DNA of 64,000 nucleotides, taken from Lama glama. Taxonomy: Eukaryota. Positions 1 through 11,929 of the stretch are shown here, piece after piece. The DNA lies in the NCBI GenBank assembly GCA_028534125.1, contig CM052817.1:66528001-66592000 (forward strand), in the 5' to 3' direction. The notes under the pieces were generated by a model. That model had not been told where the DNA came from. It searched no databases and saw nothing but the letters and a program-made list of their open reading frames with translations. Numbering within the stretch: position 1 is the first letter of the stretch; each line of letters begins with the position of its first letter. The position numbers and the translations under genes are program-made.

Positions 1-623
1 AAAGATGCTGCAAATGGCATTATTTCATTCTTTTTTATGGCTGTGTACTATTCCATTGTATAAATATACTACAACTTCTTTATCCAGTCATCTGTTGATG
101 GACATTCAGGTTGCTTCCATGTCTTGTCTGTGAAACAATGCCATTTGCAGCAGCATGGATGGACCTAGAGATTATCACACTAATTAAGTCATACTTCAGT
201 ATGCCAAACAGAGAAAGACAAATATCATATGATATCACTTATATGTAGAGTCTAAAAAATGACACAAATAAACTTATTTATAAAACAGAAACAGACTCAC
301 AGACATAGAAGAAAAAAATTTATGGTTACCAAAGGGGGAAGGGGAAGAGGAAGGATAAATTAGGAGTTTGGGATTAGCAGATACAAACTATGATATGTGA
401 AATAGATAAACAACAAGGACCTACTGTATAGCATAGATAACTATATTCAGTAGCTTTTAATAGCCTATAATGAAAAAGAATGTATGTGTATATATGTGTA
501 TATATACGTATATGTAACTGAATCACTATGCTATACACCAGAAATTAACACAATATTGTAAATCAACTATACTCCAATTAAAAATAATAATAATAATGAA
601 TAAGTTAAAAAAAAAAGATGCTG
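1..623 (+). mobile_element. Young 5'-truncated, 5'-inverted LINE-1 (camelid/cetartiodactyl-type 3' UTR)
   Basis: Positions ~6-126 are antisense L1 and ~131-613 are the sense L1 3' end with an A-rich tail. Flanking direct repeat aaagatgctg at 1-10 and 614-623. Confidence 0.9.
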
Positions 624-2826
624 GCCCTCAGTGTCCATGGTGTGCTTGAGCAGGAAGAGTCATAGATCCAGGGGAACCTTGAGAGTTGCGTGAAAGATCC
701 TTTGGGTAGCAGCCAGCAGATTTAAGTGACAGGAGCAGCACTTGTCTGCTTACTGGGAGGCATCTTTGGGGAGAGAATGACCTAATCCCGATGGCTCCAG
801 CAGTCCTGGGAGAAGCTGAACATTCTATTCAGTAGGCAAAGCTTAATTCCCTCACCCCCAGACGCCATGCCCAAGCAGGAGAATCACTGGTTTTAAGTTA
901 TTATGTTTTCAGTTCCAGAGGAACAAAGACTTCTTTGACACTGCCTTAGAGATCCCAGGAACCTGAACAGGTTTGAGGGAGCCGAGACAGAGGATCAGGC
1001 AAGGAAAACTTACAACCTACTTAAGGAAGGGAGATTAGGCCAATAATCAGAAACAGTAGCTCCTACTGAATCAGAAATAATGGAAGAGACAGAAATAAAT
1101 AGAAGAGGCTGTAACAAAAGAGAAATGAAAACTATTTCCAAGTAGGTAAAGTCAAAGAAAAAACCCTCTGGAACTAAAAATTGCTCACCAAGAATTATGC
1201 AATGTGTCTAAATATCTGCTTTTAAAAATATCTGCAAGAGTAAAAGTTGAACAACATAAAACCTTTCCATTATTAAATTTGTAGAGAAATCAAAATCCAA
1301 AAATTAAACCCCACTGCCCTCCAATCAGAGATAGCTTGCTCAGATAACTGGGTAGGATCAGGGTTCTTTCTATAGCAGAATTGTTGGCTGTCTTTTATTG
1401 ATATGGAAATAATTTTTTCAGACACTCTGAAGCTAAATTATTTCAATTCGAAATCTTTCTCCACTTTTTAAACAATCCTAAGAGTTGAAAGTTCACATAA
1501 GATTATTTTTGCACCAGCGTCACACACTAAAAAATTTGAAATAAACTAACCCCTGGACCAAAAAGAGTCATCCCAGTCAAAATTTTGTGTTCTCAGAACC
1601 TAGATTTTAGTACAGGCTGAATCCATGTACCAATTTCCAAGCAACACAGGAAAGATCATTTGTATCCAAATAAGTGAAAATCATGTATCATATTTGCCAG
1701 GATAACGTTCAGTTCAGTCTGTGTCAATTGCCTGAAAGCACAACCTTTGAACTTATTTCTGAGAAGTCCTCCAAATATTATATTAGGTGGATAGAGATCT
1801 CTCAGGAATATGACCTACTGTCCCAGGAAGTGATATTTGAGACTTCCCTGCTATCTTATGAAATCTTGAAATTTACAAGACTATCATTGCCAGTTACCGG
1901 GTCTTAATTTGAGATATGCCTCTTCGCACCCTGTATCTTCAGAGTCTGTGAATGCCCCCTTTACAAGTTTTGTGTTTCCAGCATCCTGGCACTGAGTTGA
2001 CTGGTTCGATCTAATGACATCATCTTCATTCTCTCTGATGAATAGCGAGTTCATTTAAATCCCTCCTGATACACCTTGCTGTGGAATCGCATGGGGCTGC
2101 GGACCTGCCCCTAGAGACGTGTTCTCCCTGCTCCCTCCTCTGCTCCGGAGAGTCAGCGTTAGTAGGTGGTCTGACTGAGGCAGCAGGTAGTGCTGCTGCT
2201 GCTTTTGACCCCAGGGGGCCTGGCAGTTTTGACCCCTCTGCCTCCTCATCTTTCCCAGCATTGTTCTTTCCATGGATTTCAGATTTCCTCGACCTTGAAA
2301 ATCTTATGCCACTTTAAAAACAGCAGAAAATATTTCTTCTTCCACAATTTTTTTCATGCACCAGAACATGTGCCTCCAGTGTTCTATTTATGTAAGTTAT
2401 TCCCTGTCTTTTTAGGAAATACCTAAATGAGTTTTAACAGCTTAAATCTGCTGCTTAACTTGGCCTCTTCTTTTACCTGTTCTAGGATTAGCAATCTTTT
2501 TCTATATTAGTATTTGTTAAGCTTTTTTGTTGTTATGGGCCAAGATATTTTTTTTTCTAGCATATTCCTCTTGATTTTGTCCTGTAGGGTAACTGATCTT
2601 GAAAGATATGAAGTCAGTGAATTGTAAGTGTGGCAGACACATCCATTGTTCACAAATGAATATTACGCAGTTTTGTCCCTGATGAATAATCCACCTGAGA
2701 GGCATTCTTCCATTGGAGTAACATCTAAACCAGAACTATTTGCTATTCGCTAGCTTCCTTTCCCTTTGCTGTGCATTTACGCCAAAGTCCCAGGCTCATT
2801 CACTTCTCAGGCAGATTTCCTCAGAG

Positions 2827-3042
2827 CAGCCGTTCTCGTCTGGGAGAGATCTGGCCCCTTCTCCCCGGGGGCTATTTGGCCAAGTCTGCAGACAGAGTTG
2901 CTTGTCATAACTAGGGGATTGCTACTTGCCTTTAGTGGGTGGATGCCAAGGGTGCTGCTAAACCTCCTGTGGTACTCAGGGAGTTCCCATGACAGCAACT
3001 TCTCTGCTCCAAAAGTATGAATGGTGCCAAGGTTAAATCCTG
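2827..3042 (+). mobile_element. MER20-like hAT-Charlie DNA transposon relic
   Basis: Colinear with recalled MER20 consensus (ttgtcataactagggg...tgctgctaaac...aatggtgccaaggtt...cctg), ~215 bp. Confidence 0.8.
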
Positions 3043-4223
3043 CCTCAGATGACAGAGATACATTCATGCCCCTTAAGTATTAGGGCACCTTCAGATCACC
3101 TAATAACGGCACCAAGGAGTCAGAGCCCTTCATCAGAGGCATCTCTGCAGCCCGGCCCGTTGTCCTCTGATCTCCTGGTGGAGCTGCGTCATCTGTGAGC
3201 AGTGATTCAGTCACTTTTTAAGTGGGTTTTATCTGAAGTTTTAAGAGGGAGCATATGAATATTTTCCTTAGAGGCCCACCCGGACGTCCTGTGGTTTGCC
3301 CTCGGATGCCCCTGCCTCTCCTGTTACTTCTGTGAGCACCATCACAGGTCCAGGTGTGGCCTCTACCTGGCTTCTTCTGTAGCACCATCCTCAAGCGCAG
3401 TTAAGAGGGAGCTTACTTTCTTCATCTTGTTTTATCTGTGTGGGCAGGACTTCAATATGTTATTCCTTTTGGTAGAATTGGCTGCAGCCTCAGCTTTTCT
3501 CCACCCAAAACCTCTTACTTCCTTTAGGAAAGCTAACTGCTCTCTCTTTATTTTTGTATTATTCTACCACTGCTACTGTTCTGATAAGACAAATATATTT
3601 TTAAAAGTGATCTGGTCACGTGCTGATGGCTTGAGCAAATTTAATTCTTAAAGTTGCAGTATAACCACAAAAGGCCTTTTAAGGGGCTTTATCCACGTTT
3701 GGATCTATATTAATTTCATTGAATTGTTTTTCTATCTGAATGCTAGAACATGGCATACTCCCTAATAAAGGCTTTTATTTTATTTTACCTTTATTGATGT
3801 ATACCTCAGTGGCTGCAACCATAATATGAATCTCCAAACCCAAATCTATGCAGACTGCAGATTATGTAATCAATAAATCTAGAGAGACTGAGAGGATGTG
3901 AAGAGGTATGGCTCTTAAAGGCCTGTGGGCACCATACAGTAACCTCAGAGATTACCTCCTACCCATTCATTCCTTGATGACGCTGGCTGCAGTTTAAGAC
4001 GATACACAGATGCTAACAGCACTGCTGACTTATTTCTGATACCAAGTCACACACTAGTTCTTGGTAACCAACCTTAAGTTAAAGTCTGATCCTGTGGTTT
4101 AATTGAGAAATACAGTAAAAGCGAAAGATTATTGTGTGTTTCAATGCCAGAAATGTGTTGTGATACATCACCCCTTTGGTGGTAGGGTTTTACAATAAGG
4201 ACAAGATGTTTTTTTCCCTTTAA

Positions 4224-4701
4224 CCAAGTGGTTCTCAAACTAGGCTGCTTACAGGGACTGCTAGGGGAGCTTTTAAAAAGTCATAATGTCTATAGGAAAC
4301 AAACTTACAGTTACCAGGGGGGAAAGTGGGGGGGGGAGTAAAATTGGGAGTTTGGGATTTGCATATGCTAACTACTGTTTATAAAATAGATAAACAACAA
4401 GGTCCTAATGTATGGCACAGGGAACTATATTCAATATCTTGTAATAGCCTATAATGAAAAAAGAATACGAAAAAGAATATATATGTATGTATGTATAACT
4501 GAATCGTTATGCTGTATACCAGAAATTAACACAACATTGTAAACTGACTATTTCAATAAAAAAAAAAATTGAAAAAAAATGTCTGAATCCTACTCCCAGA
4601 GTTTCAGATGTAAATGGTCTGGGTTATGGCCTGGATATTGGGAACTTTAAAAGCTTCCCAGGTGATTATGAAGGTGAGAATTAGCAGCAGGTTTGGAATC
4701 A
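4224..4701. mobile_element. MER5B-like hAT MITE split by an L1 insertion
   Basis: Left part caagtggttctcaaact...ggggagcttttaaaa. Right part ccagagtttcagatgtaaatggtctggg...aaaagcttcccaggtgatt...ggtttggaatcac. Confidence 0.7.
4292..4577 (+). mobile_element. Young 5'-truncated LINE-1 3' end with poly(A)
   Basis: Same 3' UTR type as the element at 131-613 (aaaatagataaacaacaagg...ccagaaattaacacaacattgtaaactgactat). TSD aatgtct at 4285-4291 and 4578-4584. Confidence 0.9.
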
Positions 4702-5775
4702 CAGCCATAGCCTAGTCCTTGTTCTGCTGTCGCGGGTCGGATCAGGGTCCGCTGCGGGAACTCGCACGGTGCTGGCTTACTAAGGCCCGTGCACCCACGC
4801 CTGTAGAGCCGTGCCTGTTAGTTATACATATATGAAAAGAGCCACCGTTCTGAGTGCACAAGTCGTAGTAAGCAGACATGATCCACCAGGATCAAAATCC
4901 TTCATTACTTGTGCTTAATAATTAATTAAAGCCTTAAGACATCCACCCTGACAAACCAGAAGCTGCACGATCTATGCGTTGGATTATAGGCCAAGTTCCA
5001 GCCCTTTTATTGAGGTCTCAAGGTTTGTGACCAATGTAGCAAGTCTTTGGAGTTTGGAAGTGCTAATAATTATGGTAACTTCCTCTTTGAGTGCTCAGAA
5101 TCAAAGAAGGGATAAATAAAGGGATCAGAAAGATTGAGAGCAAAATAGAGGCTTCCTCACTGGTAAAACTAAATGTATGACTGTTTGAGTGTCCTAACAG
5201 TTCCTTAATTGAATGAAATGTGCCTATATGATCACATCTTTAATTAAGATGCCCACAATAATTAAGGACAGGGCTGGACAAGGGTAGGCCTACCCTCCGG
5301 GAGTGGCCCCCTCCATGCATGGAGATGCAAGATGCAGATGAGCCTGCGAGTCCTGGGGCGGGTAAGAGTAGAGCTGGGCATGCTCGATTGTAAAAATGTC
5401 CTGTTTTTGCAGGCTTATTCCATCTGAATTTAAAAATATACACAGATTGCTCTTATGAACGGAATTCTTGCAAGATGCCATGATAATATGAAAAAATAAA
5501 AATACCTTCAGGGTGTTTAAAATCTACTCAGGAAGCCAAGACATCGGCATGAAAAAGTTATTAAGACTAGAGGGCATGACTTAGAAGGGTCAAATGAGGA
5601 GTACAGGTGTGGAATGCTTTATGATTCCTTCAGAAGCTGTAAAACTCCTCACGGGCCTGAGCTGTAGGGAGGCCTTGGGGGCTCGCAAACCTGAGTTGGA
5701 CCTTGTTGGAGAGGATATGTCTGGGGAACTGGAGGGAGAGTGAGAACTAAAGGGCGTGCCAACATTGCATACAAA

Positions 5776-5945
5776 CAGCACTGATGACCTAATTAGCAGG
5801 GCCCGGTGCAAAATGAAAAGGCAGGGACCCTTGTTCAAATTATCAGATTTCAAGCTACGACAGCAGAACATTGAAACAAGTGTAGGACCCTTCCAAGTGC
5901 GGGGTGTATAGCTGCAGAGGTCACATGCCATGAAGCTGGTCCCAG
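5776..5945 (-). mobile_element. MER45A-like hAT-Tip100 MITE
   Basis: Reverse complement follows recalled MER45A (ccagcttcatggc...gacctctgcag...tgaacaagggtccctgccttttcattttgcaccgggccc). Confidence 0.8.
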
Positions 5946-7046
5946 GCACAAAGCAAGCGTGAGTGCCGCCTCGGAGCTAGTCAGTATGCTTATCTTTTGT
6001 TTAGACCTCTTCTCTGGAAATGGTTGGAAGGTGGAGTCCTGCCCTCTATTAAGGAGACCATCTGATGCATAAGAAGCAGCCTGTGTGGGCACTCCTGCAT
6101 GAGAATGAGATTGCTGGGTGAATAAACACTGGGAGAGGATGCTCAGGCTACTAAATTTGGAAGGCGAGAGGTCAAAGTTATACAAGAAGGAATGTACTCA
6201 GGGAGGAGAACTCCGAAGAACTTTGAAGCAGAGGATGTTGGGGATCTGAGCCCAAGTGAAATGGGAAGTCGTTAAAGCTTTGAAGTAAAGTGACAGACGT
6301 GAGCAACAGAGGAACTAAAGAACTGCGCTGGAAGTGAGGTCCTGTGAAGAGAAGATGTCAGACGTGAGGACCAGGCGGGGCTGTATCCTGACATCAGGAC
6401 TCGGGTGGAGCAGTACGTCCAGTGTGTCAGGGAGGCACAGGGAGAGAATCAAGGAAGTGTCTCCGATGTGTCAGATGTGTGGGGCCAGAGCAATAGGTGG
6501 GCTAGTGGGGTCTTTTCTCAATATGCAATTTAATAGGGTGTGGAGGAATTTAGTTCAAAATATCCTGTGGACAAATACGTGGGAGCATTAGACTCTGGTG
6601 AAAAAATGCCTGAGGTGGATGTGTCTCAGCTGAAATGATTTTGTAGCATCAACATATCTGTAGAAACTCTTTAGTACAAAGCATTAAAAATGTAAGTTTT
6701 ATCGGTGGGTGATTTATGCTTAGGGAGAAAACATTTAAATAAGAGAACTTTGAAATTAATGACTTTCGGGTAAACACGATTTTATAAGAGCATATAAATG
6801 AGGTTTCTGTTTATTTTGTGAGGGACTGAAATTCAGTTTGACTTTGAAGAAAGGCTTTGAAAGGTGATATCTGAGATAATCGTAAAAACATATTTCATTT
6901 GGGCTATTTTGAAGCATTAAACAGCACAATGTAAAGAAGAATACAGATTTTGAATTTAGAGAGTTCTGATTAATGTTTAGAATGTAACTCAGTATTAGTT
7001 ACCCTGTTCATAAAAGAGAAAAAGAACAGCCTTCCCTTTTGGCTTT

Positions 7047-7050
<4 letters not shown>

Positions 7051-7090
<40 letters not shown>
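7051..7090. repeat. (TG)20 microsatellite
   Basis: Perfect dinucleotide run read directly. Confidence 0.97.
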
Positions 7091-7094
<4 letters not shown>

Positions 7095-7425
7095 GATTAG
7101 GATTAGAGGAAATAGCTTTATATAAAAAGTGCTTATCATAATTCCTAGTATAAAACAAATGCTCAATAAATGTTTATTCCTTCCTTTTCTCTGTATTAAT
7201 TCCAATCTTCTTTTCCCTAATTTTTTTCTAGATTACTTTCAAAATGTTTTCAATAACCTTTTTATCTTACGTACATAGATTTAGCTTTTTCACTTTAATA
7301 AAGTCTTGAAACTTTTAGATTTATAGCCTTTATAACCTTTAGATTTGTAACTCAATACCCTTTACTGGTCCACATCATAAATAAAGAGTAACCAGAGAAT
7401 CTCTGTTAGGTAAGATTTAAAACTA

Positions 7426-7638
7426 CAGTTGACCCTTGAACAGAGGGGGTTTTGAACTTCATGGGTCAATTTATACATGGATTTTTTTCAATTAGGAATA
7501 CTCCAGTACTGCACAACCTGCAGTTGGTTGAATCTTCGGGTGCTGCAGACGGGAAAGGCCTACTTTAAATTATATAGGGATTTTCTGCTGTGTGGAGGGT
7601 TGGTGCCCCTCACACCTGCATTGTTCAAGGGTCACCTG
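7426..7638. mobile_element. Tigger2-derived MITE (TcMar-Tigger)
   Basis: Terminal inverted repeats cagttgacccttgaaca / tgttcaagggtcacctg (16/17 match), with TA target duplication at 7424-7425 and 7639-7640. Confidence 0.9.
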
Positions 7639-8141
7639 TATTCGACATTTAAAACAATTCATCATATTTAAATTATAAGAAACCTTAAAGCTAACCCTAT
7701 TCAATCCTCTCATTTGTAGATAAAAATGCCAAGGTCTAGAAAGGTGATGGAAAGGGATTTGGGCAAAAAGGATTTGGTTAGCGATTGAGTTACAGCTCCC
7801 TGGAGGTTTGTGAAGTGATGCTCATGGCCTTCAGAGAGACAGCCTCACACAGGGATGTGGGAGAGGAGGAGGGAGAAGCTATGTCCTCACTGCCTTCTCA
7901 GTTGCAAAATATGGTGTTGGAGAAAAATATTGAGAGTTCAGTAGACCTGAAGTTGATACACGTAAAATGTTGTGAAAATCACCTTTACATATTTTATTTC
8001 TGAGTATGGCTGAGAACATGGACATGCTGGAGACATAATGTGCAACCATGTGTGACCTTTATCACTAATAAATGTAATGGGTTCTTTGGTCAGTGAGAAC
8101 TCCTTCAAATGCCTAACCGGGTTATATTTTTCATCTTATAG

Positions 8142-8280
8142 AATCCTGGTGAAATATTTATTATTTTGAGAGATGAAGTAATTGGTGGTACTTTGGAGGT
8201 TGAATTTACGTCAAATAGTAAATGCATTAGAACACGGCCAGCTCTCTGGAGTAAGACAGTCTGGTGTATGAAAGCTTTAG
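8142..8280 (+). CDS. BANK1: BANK1 coding exon (human exon 4 equivalent), DBB domain, 139 nt, phase 0 to 1
   Basis: Acceptor tcatcttatag|AAT, donor TTAG|gtaaga, branch-like cctaac at 8112-8117. Translates NPGEIFIILRDEVIGGTLEVEFTSNSKCIRTRPALWSKTVWCMKAL, matching recalled human NPGEIFIILRDEVIGDTVEVEFTSSNKRIRTRPALWNKKVWCMKAL. Confidence 0.96.
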
Positions 8281-8353
8281 GTAAGAAATTTTTTTATGCT
8301 TTAATAAGTATAAAACATCATCTTGAGTTTCTTTCAATACATTTATAGTAAAA

Positions 8354-8365
8354 GGTTTCACTTCC
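8354..8365 (-). promoter_or_regulatory. Candidate ETS-IRF composite element (EICE), GGAAGTGAAACC
   Basis: ggtttcacttcc on the + strand. Motif match only; function not shown. Confidence 0.35.
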
Positions 8366-9881
8366 CAACAGAAACTAATATTATTCTGCAGGTGCTTCCT
8401 GTGTTTAGCTTTCACATACACAAGGCTGTTATTATTAATCTGGATTCGCAAAAGCACAAATGTGTAAATTATGAGAAGTCCGCTTGTGTACCATGTGGTG
8501 AAATGACAGCCAGTAACATCACATATTTTCAGTCATGTCAGCAGAGAACACTTCAGTGTAAGTCAACTGTTAAATATAGAACTAAAATTATTTGCTTTAT
8601 TGTAACAGGATTAGCAGACATTTGGATTTTCACTTGTAATTTTCTCTTTTTTCCCTTTTTTTTTTTTTTTGGCCATGACCCTGAGTATATTTTTGATTGT
8701 TTGGAAAGCATAATTCTTTTTCCTTATTTTATCATCATTGTACCAGTTCTAAATACAATCTCCCCTCTTTTCCTTATTTAATTTATGAAGCTAATCATTT
8801 TATTACCCAACATTGCTTCAACATGATAAATTATATCAGATTTAAAATTCCAGGTGGAAGAGCCACACTTGCCATAATAATTGGACTAAAATTGAAATCT
8901 AATGTATTAACTTCTGAATGTTTTGATATAAATGTAGGACTACTTTGTTTTTGAATTTATGGTGTCCTTTTATAGTCAGACAATAAAAGTACCTTGTAAA
9001 ACTTTGTAAATACAAACTTCATAGGGTATTTTAAAGCACAGATATATTCAATCTTATTATTAATTTGGAAATGTAGTAAAATATTTAAAATTAAAGAGTA
9101 TGTCAAATGTATCCTTTGCTTTTTTGTTTTCCTTTTTAAATGTAGCTGTTATGAAATCGATTCATTTACAAAGCATTTAAAAAACTTTTCTATTGTGTTA
9201 TGTAAAGCATGTGTCTCCTCTTTGGATTACCTTGCATAGCTTAGGTCAGAGTTGGATTATATAGAAGAAAGACTCTACACCAGCCATGTACAAGCATTTT
9301 AGACACTGCTTCCTGTCATGGGAAAGGATATGCAGAAGTGAAAGGACGAAGAGCTCTCTGTGCCTCCTTCCTTTCTCTTTCAAATTCCCCTACTTCCGTA
9401 TGCTACATTTTAAAATGATTTAATGAACAATAATTTCTAACTAATTAGTTTAGAAGTTAAACTAAGTCTAGTTAGACTAAAATCAATGTAGAAAAATCAA
9501 TATTGCAAATTAAGAAGTACTTAGATAATGTGTCCTAAATAGCAAATCAAAATGTCAAATTAAAATCAGTCACATTAAGATTTTATGTTTAGTTTACTTT
9601 GTAGCTAAGAACAGTGCAAAGAATGTCAAAGTTCAGATGTTTTTCAGAAAAGCAGGAAACTGTTATTCTATATTTTCCAATAAATACCAGGCCATAATAT
9701 TATGTGTGTGGTTGAAGAGCAAATTTGTAGTATACATAAATAAATAAACAAATAAATAAATAAGTCGCTGTTTACCGGTTATGCTAATTAAATCTCTCCA
9801 ACTCTTTTTTTCAACTAGATATTCTGTAAGCTAGTGAGGAATTTTCTTACAGACTGTTGGCTGCTATGTAGCCATATATAG

Positions 9882-10351
9882 TGTTGAAGAAAAATTAATC
9901 AGGAGGTCTAAGAAAGAAATGGAAAATTTTATTTGAGCCAAATTTCGAGATTATAACCCAGGAAGAGCATCTCACAAAACTTTGAGAATTGTTCTGCCCA
10001 TTAGAAGTCAAGGTACAAGTTATTTAAGTTTTCTGAGACAGAGGGCTGCACATCAAATGTCATATTGTTGACAGCTTACATAATCCAGACCTAAGTGGCA
10101 TAGTGGTGGGTCATGTGACCCCGTACAAAATCAAGGAGAAATGTTATCTTTTAAGGAATTGTCTTGTTGATGCTGGGAGAATTTTGCTCTTTATGGTTGA
10201 GCAGGTTTTCCTGCAGATGGGGGATGTTTGGCTGATGCATAATGCAGATACACAGTGCATAGTGTGGGGAGAGAGGAGGCAGATGGACAGAGAAAATATT
10301 TTTATGTTAAAAATTTTTTTGTCTTGCCATAAAGTAAGAATTTTATTCATA
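9882..10351 (-). mobile_element. Solo ERV1-class LTR (~470 bp)
   Basis: Begins tgttga and ends ttcata (decayed CA end). 4-bp TSD atag at 9878-9881 and 10352-10355. Antisense AATAAA near 9927. Confidence 0.75.
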
Positions 10352-10547
10352 ATAGGAAAGTTCCATGAATACATACGGGAATACAGATGAGACATACCTT
10401 AGCAGAGATGGCCCCAGGTACCTTCTCTGTCTCATGGCACTGTTTCTTGAAATTCTTTGAACCCTAGCAAGAACTACATTTTACATCATGACCCAGCACA
10501 TATGCATAAATACGTAATGAAAACAAAGGATTTAAAAGCAACACTTA

Positions 10548-11670
10548 GACTGACAGTTTCGGCCCTGACATGGAAAGAGCTTGGAAGTTGCCGCTCCCAT
10601 TCTTACAAGACAAAGCTGAACAAACTGAAAATCTGTGTTTTTTCTTGAACTCCTCAGAGAACTAAGATTGCAGGGCAAACGACCATCCCAAAATCTGGAA
10701 AGAAAGGTAAATAGAGTGGCATCTGAGATCTGCTTACCTGAAGCAGAAGTGGTAGGAGCACTTAAACAGTAATTTTGATGAATTGCTGAAGAGGCTGAGT
10801 GTGGACTAGCTTGAGAATAAGAAACTCTTGGGGGCTATAGTTTATGAGACACCTATAATTTGGGGGAATTTACCTCCAGGAACCCCTCCAGGTTCACATA
10901 GTGAATGTCTAAGACACACTCCCTGCAGGCTCTGTTGGGTCAGAGGAAAAGTAATCCTGGGGAAGGACTCCCAGCATGTTCTCTATAACAAAGGTCTCCT
11001 CTTCAGGGGAACTGCTTTATCAGAGCCTTGTCCCCGCCGGGTAAGAGCATCCACCCCCGTGTAGCCCCCTCCAGCCTTCCTGTCTCCCTGAAGGTGGGGA
11101 GGGAAAGGGTATGCCATGGCAGGAACACTCGTGAAGGTCGCAGCTGAAAGGCCCACTAAAAAACGAAGACTTAATCATAAGATTAGAGTGCTTCCCCTCC
11201 CTGCAACCTGACCACCACCACAGCGGGGTCCCAGTGAGGCAGCAGTGGGTTACCCTTGAAAGTATGCAAGATGCAGAATCTTTCTGAGGAGGAGTACTTG
11301 GGGAAGCACAAAGTCAAGAGGAAGACAAGGACAACAGAGGAATTCGAAGCCCCTGGCACCTACAGCTGCAGCAAACAGTGAATATAGCCCAGCTCTAGCC
11401 AGATGACTCCCACTACGTGTCTACCTGTTTCAGTTCTTGTATCAGACACAATTTGTCTGATTTTCATAAGAAATTATAAGACATGCCAAAAAGCAAGGGG
11501 GAAACATAGTCTAAAGAAATAAAACACGCATCAGACCAGACATATATGACACAGATGTTGGAATTATCAGACAGGGAATTTTATATAACTATGATTAATA
11601 TGTTGAGAGTTATAATGCAAAAGTAGATAACATGCCGGAGCATATGGATAATGTAAGTAGAGAGAAAGAT
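10548..11670 (+). mobile_element. Old L1 (L1MC/L1MD-type) 5' UTR plus start of ORF1
   Basis: gacatggaaagagcttggaagttgcc...aagctgaacaaactgaaaatc resembles old L1 5' ends. The A-rich ORF1-like stretch cagatgttggaattatcagacagggaa...aaagtagataacatgc follows. Confidence 0.75.
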
Positions 11671-11772
11671 ACTTTATTTCTTTTCATTTTTTTCCAGTGT
11701 TAGAGCTTACTGAATTGATGCCATGGATTACTAGTGGGTTACAAACTACAGCTGGAAAAACCAATCTTTGGA

Positions 11773-11929
11773 GCTGCCCTGGCCAGTGTTGTAGCCACTG
11801 GCCACATCTGCGTATTTAAACTTTCTTTAAATAAAATTTAAATTTCAGTTGTTCAGTTGCATTAACCATATTTCAAGTGCTTCATTGGAACATATCCATC
11901 CTCTCAGGAAGTTTGATTGGACAGCACTG
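11773..11929 (-). mobile_element. MER3-like hAT-Charlie MITE (internally deleted)
   Basis: gtagccactggccacat...aaatttcagttgttcagttgc...catatttcaagtgct...attggacagcactg. Confidence 0.75.

Noticed and set aside
2055..2426. Overlapping short ORFs in a GC-richer patch (possible processed pseudogene)
   Set aside because: No recognisable protein in the frames I could examine and no poly(A) or TSD. Overlapping ORFs on both strands are expected in stop-poor GC-rich sequence.
5590..6185. 119-aa and 111-aa minus-strand ORFs
   Set aside because: They run through the non-coding MER45A-like MITE; chance open frames.
1..8141. BANK1 exon 3 within the window
   Set aside because: No segment encoding a PTEIPCE-like end followed by a donor was found by eye; it is probably upstream of position 1.
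8323..8781. Longest ORF in the track (152 aa)
   Set aside because: Non-ATG start, low-complexity F/I-rich translation crossing a T-run, no recognisable domain; lies in intron 4.
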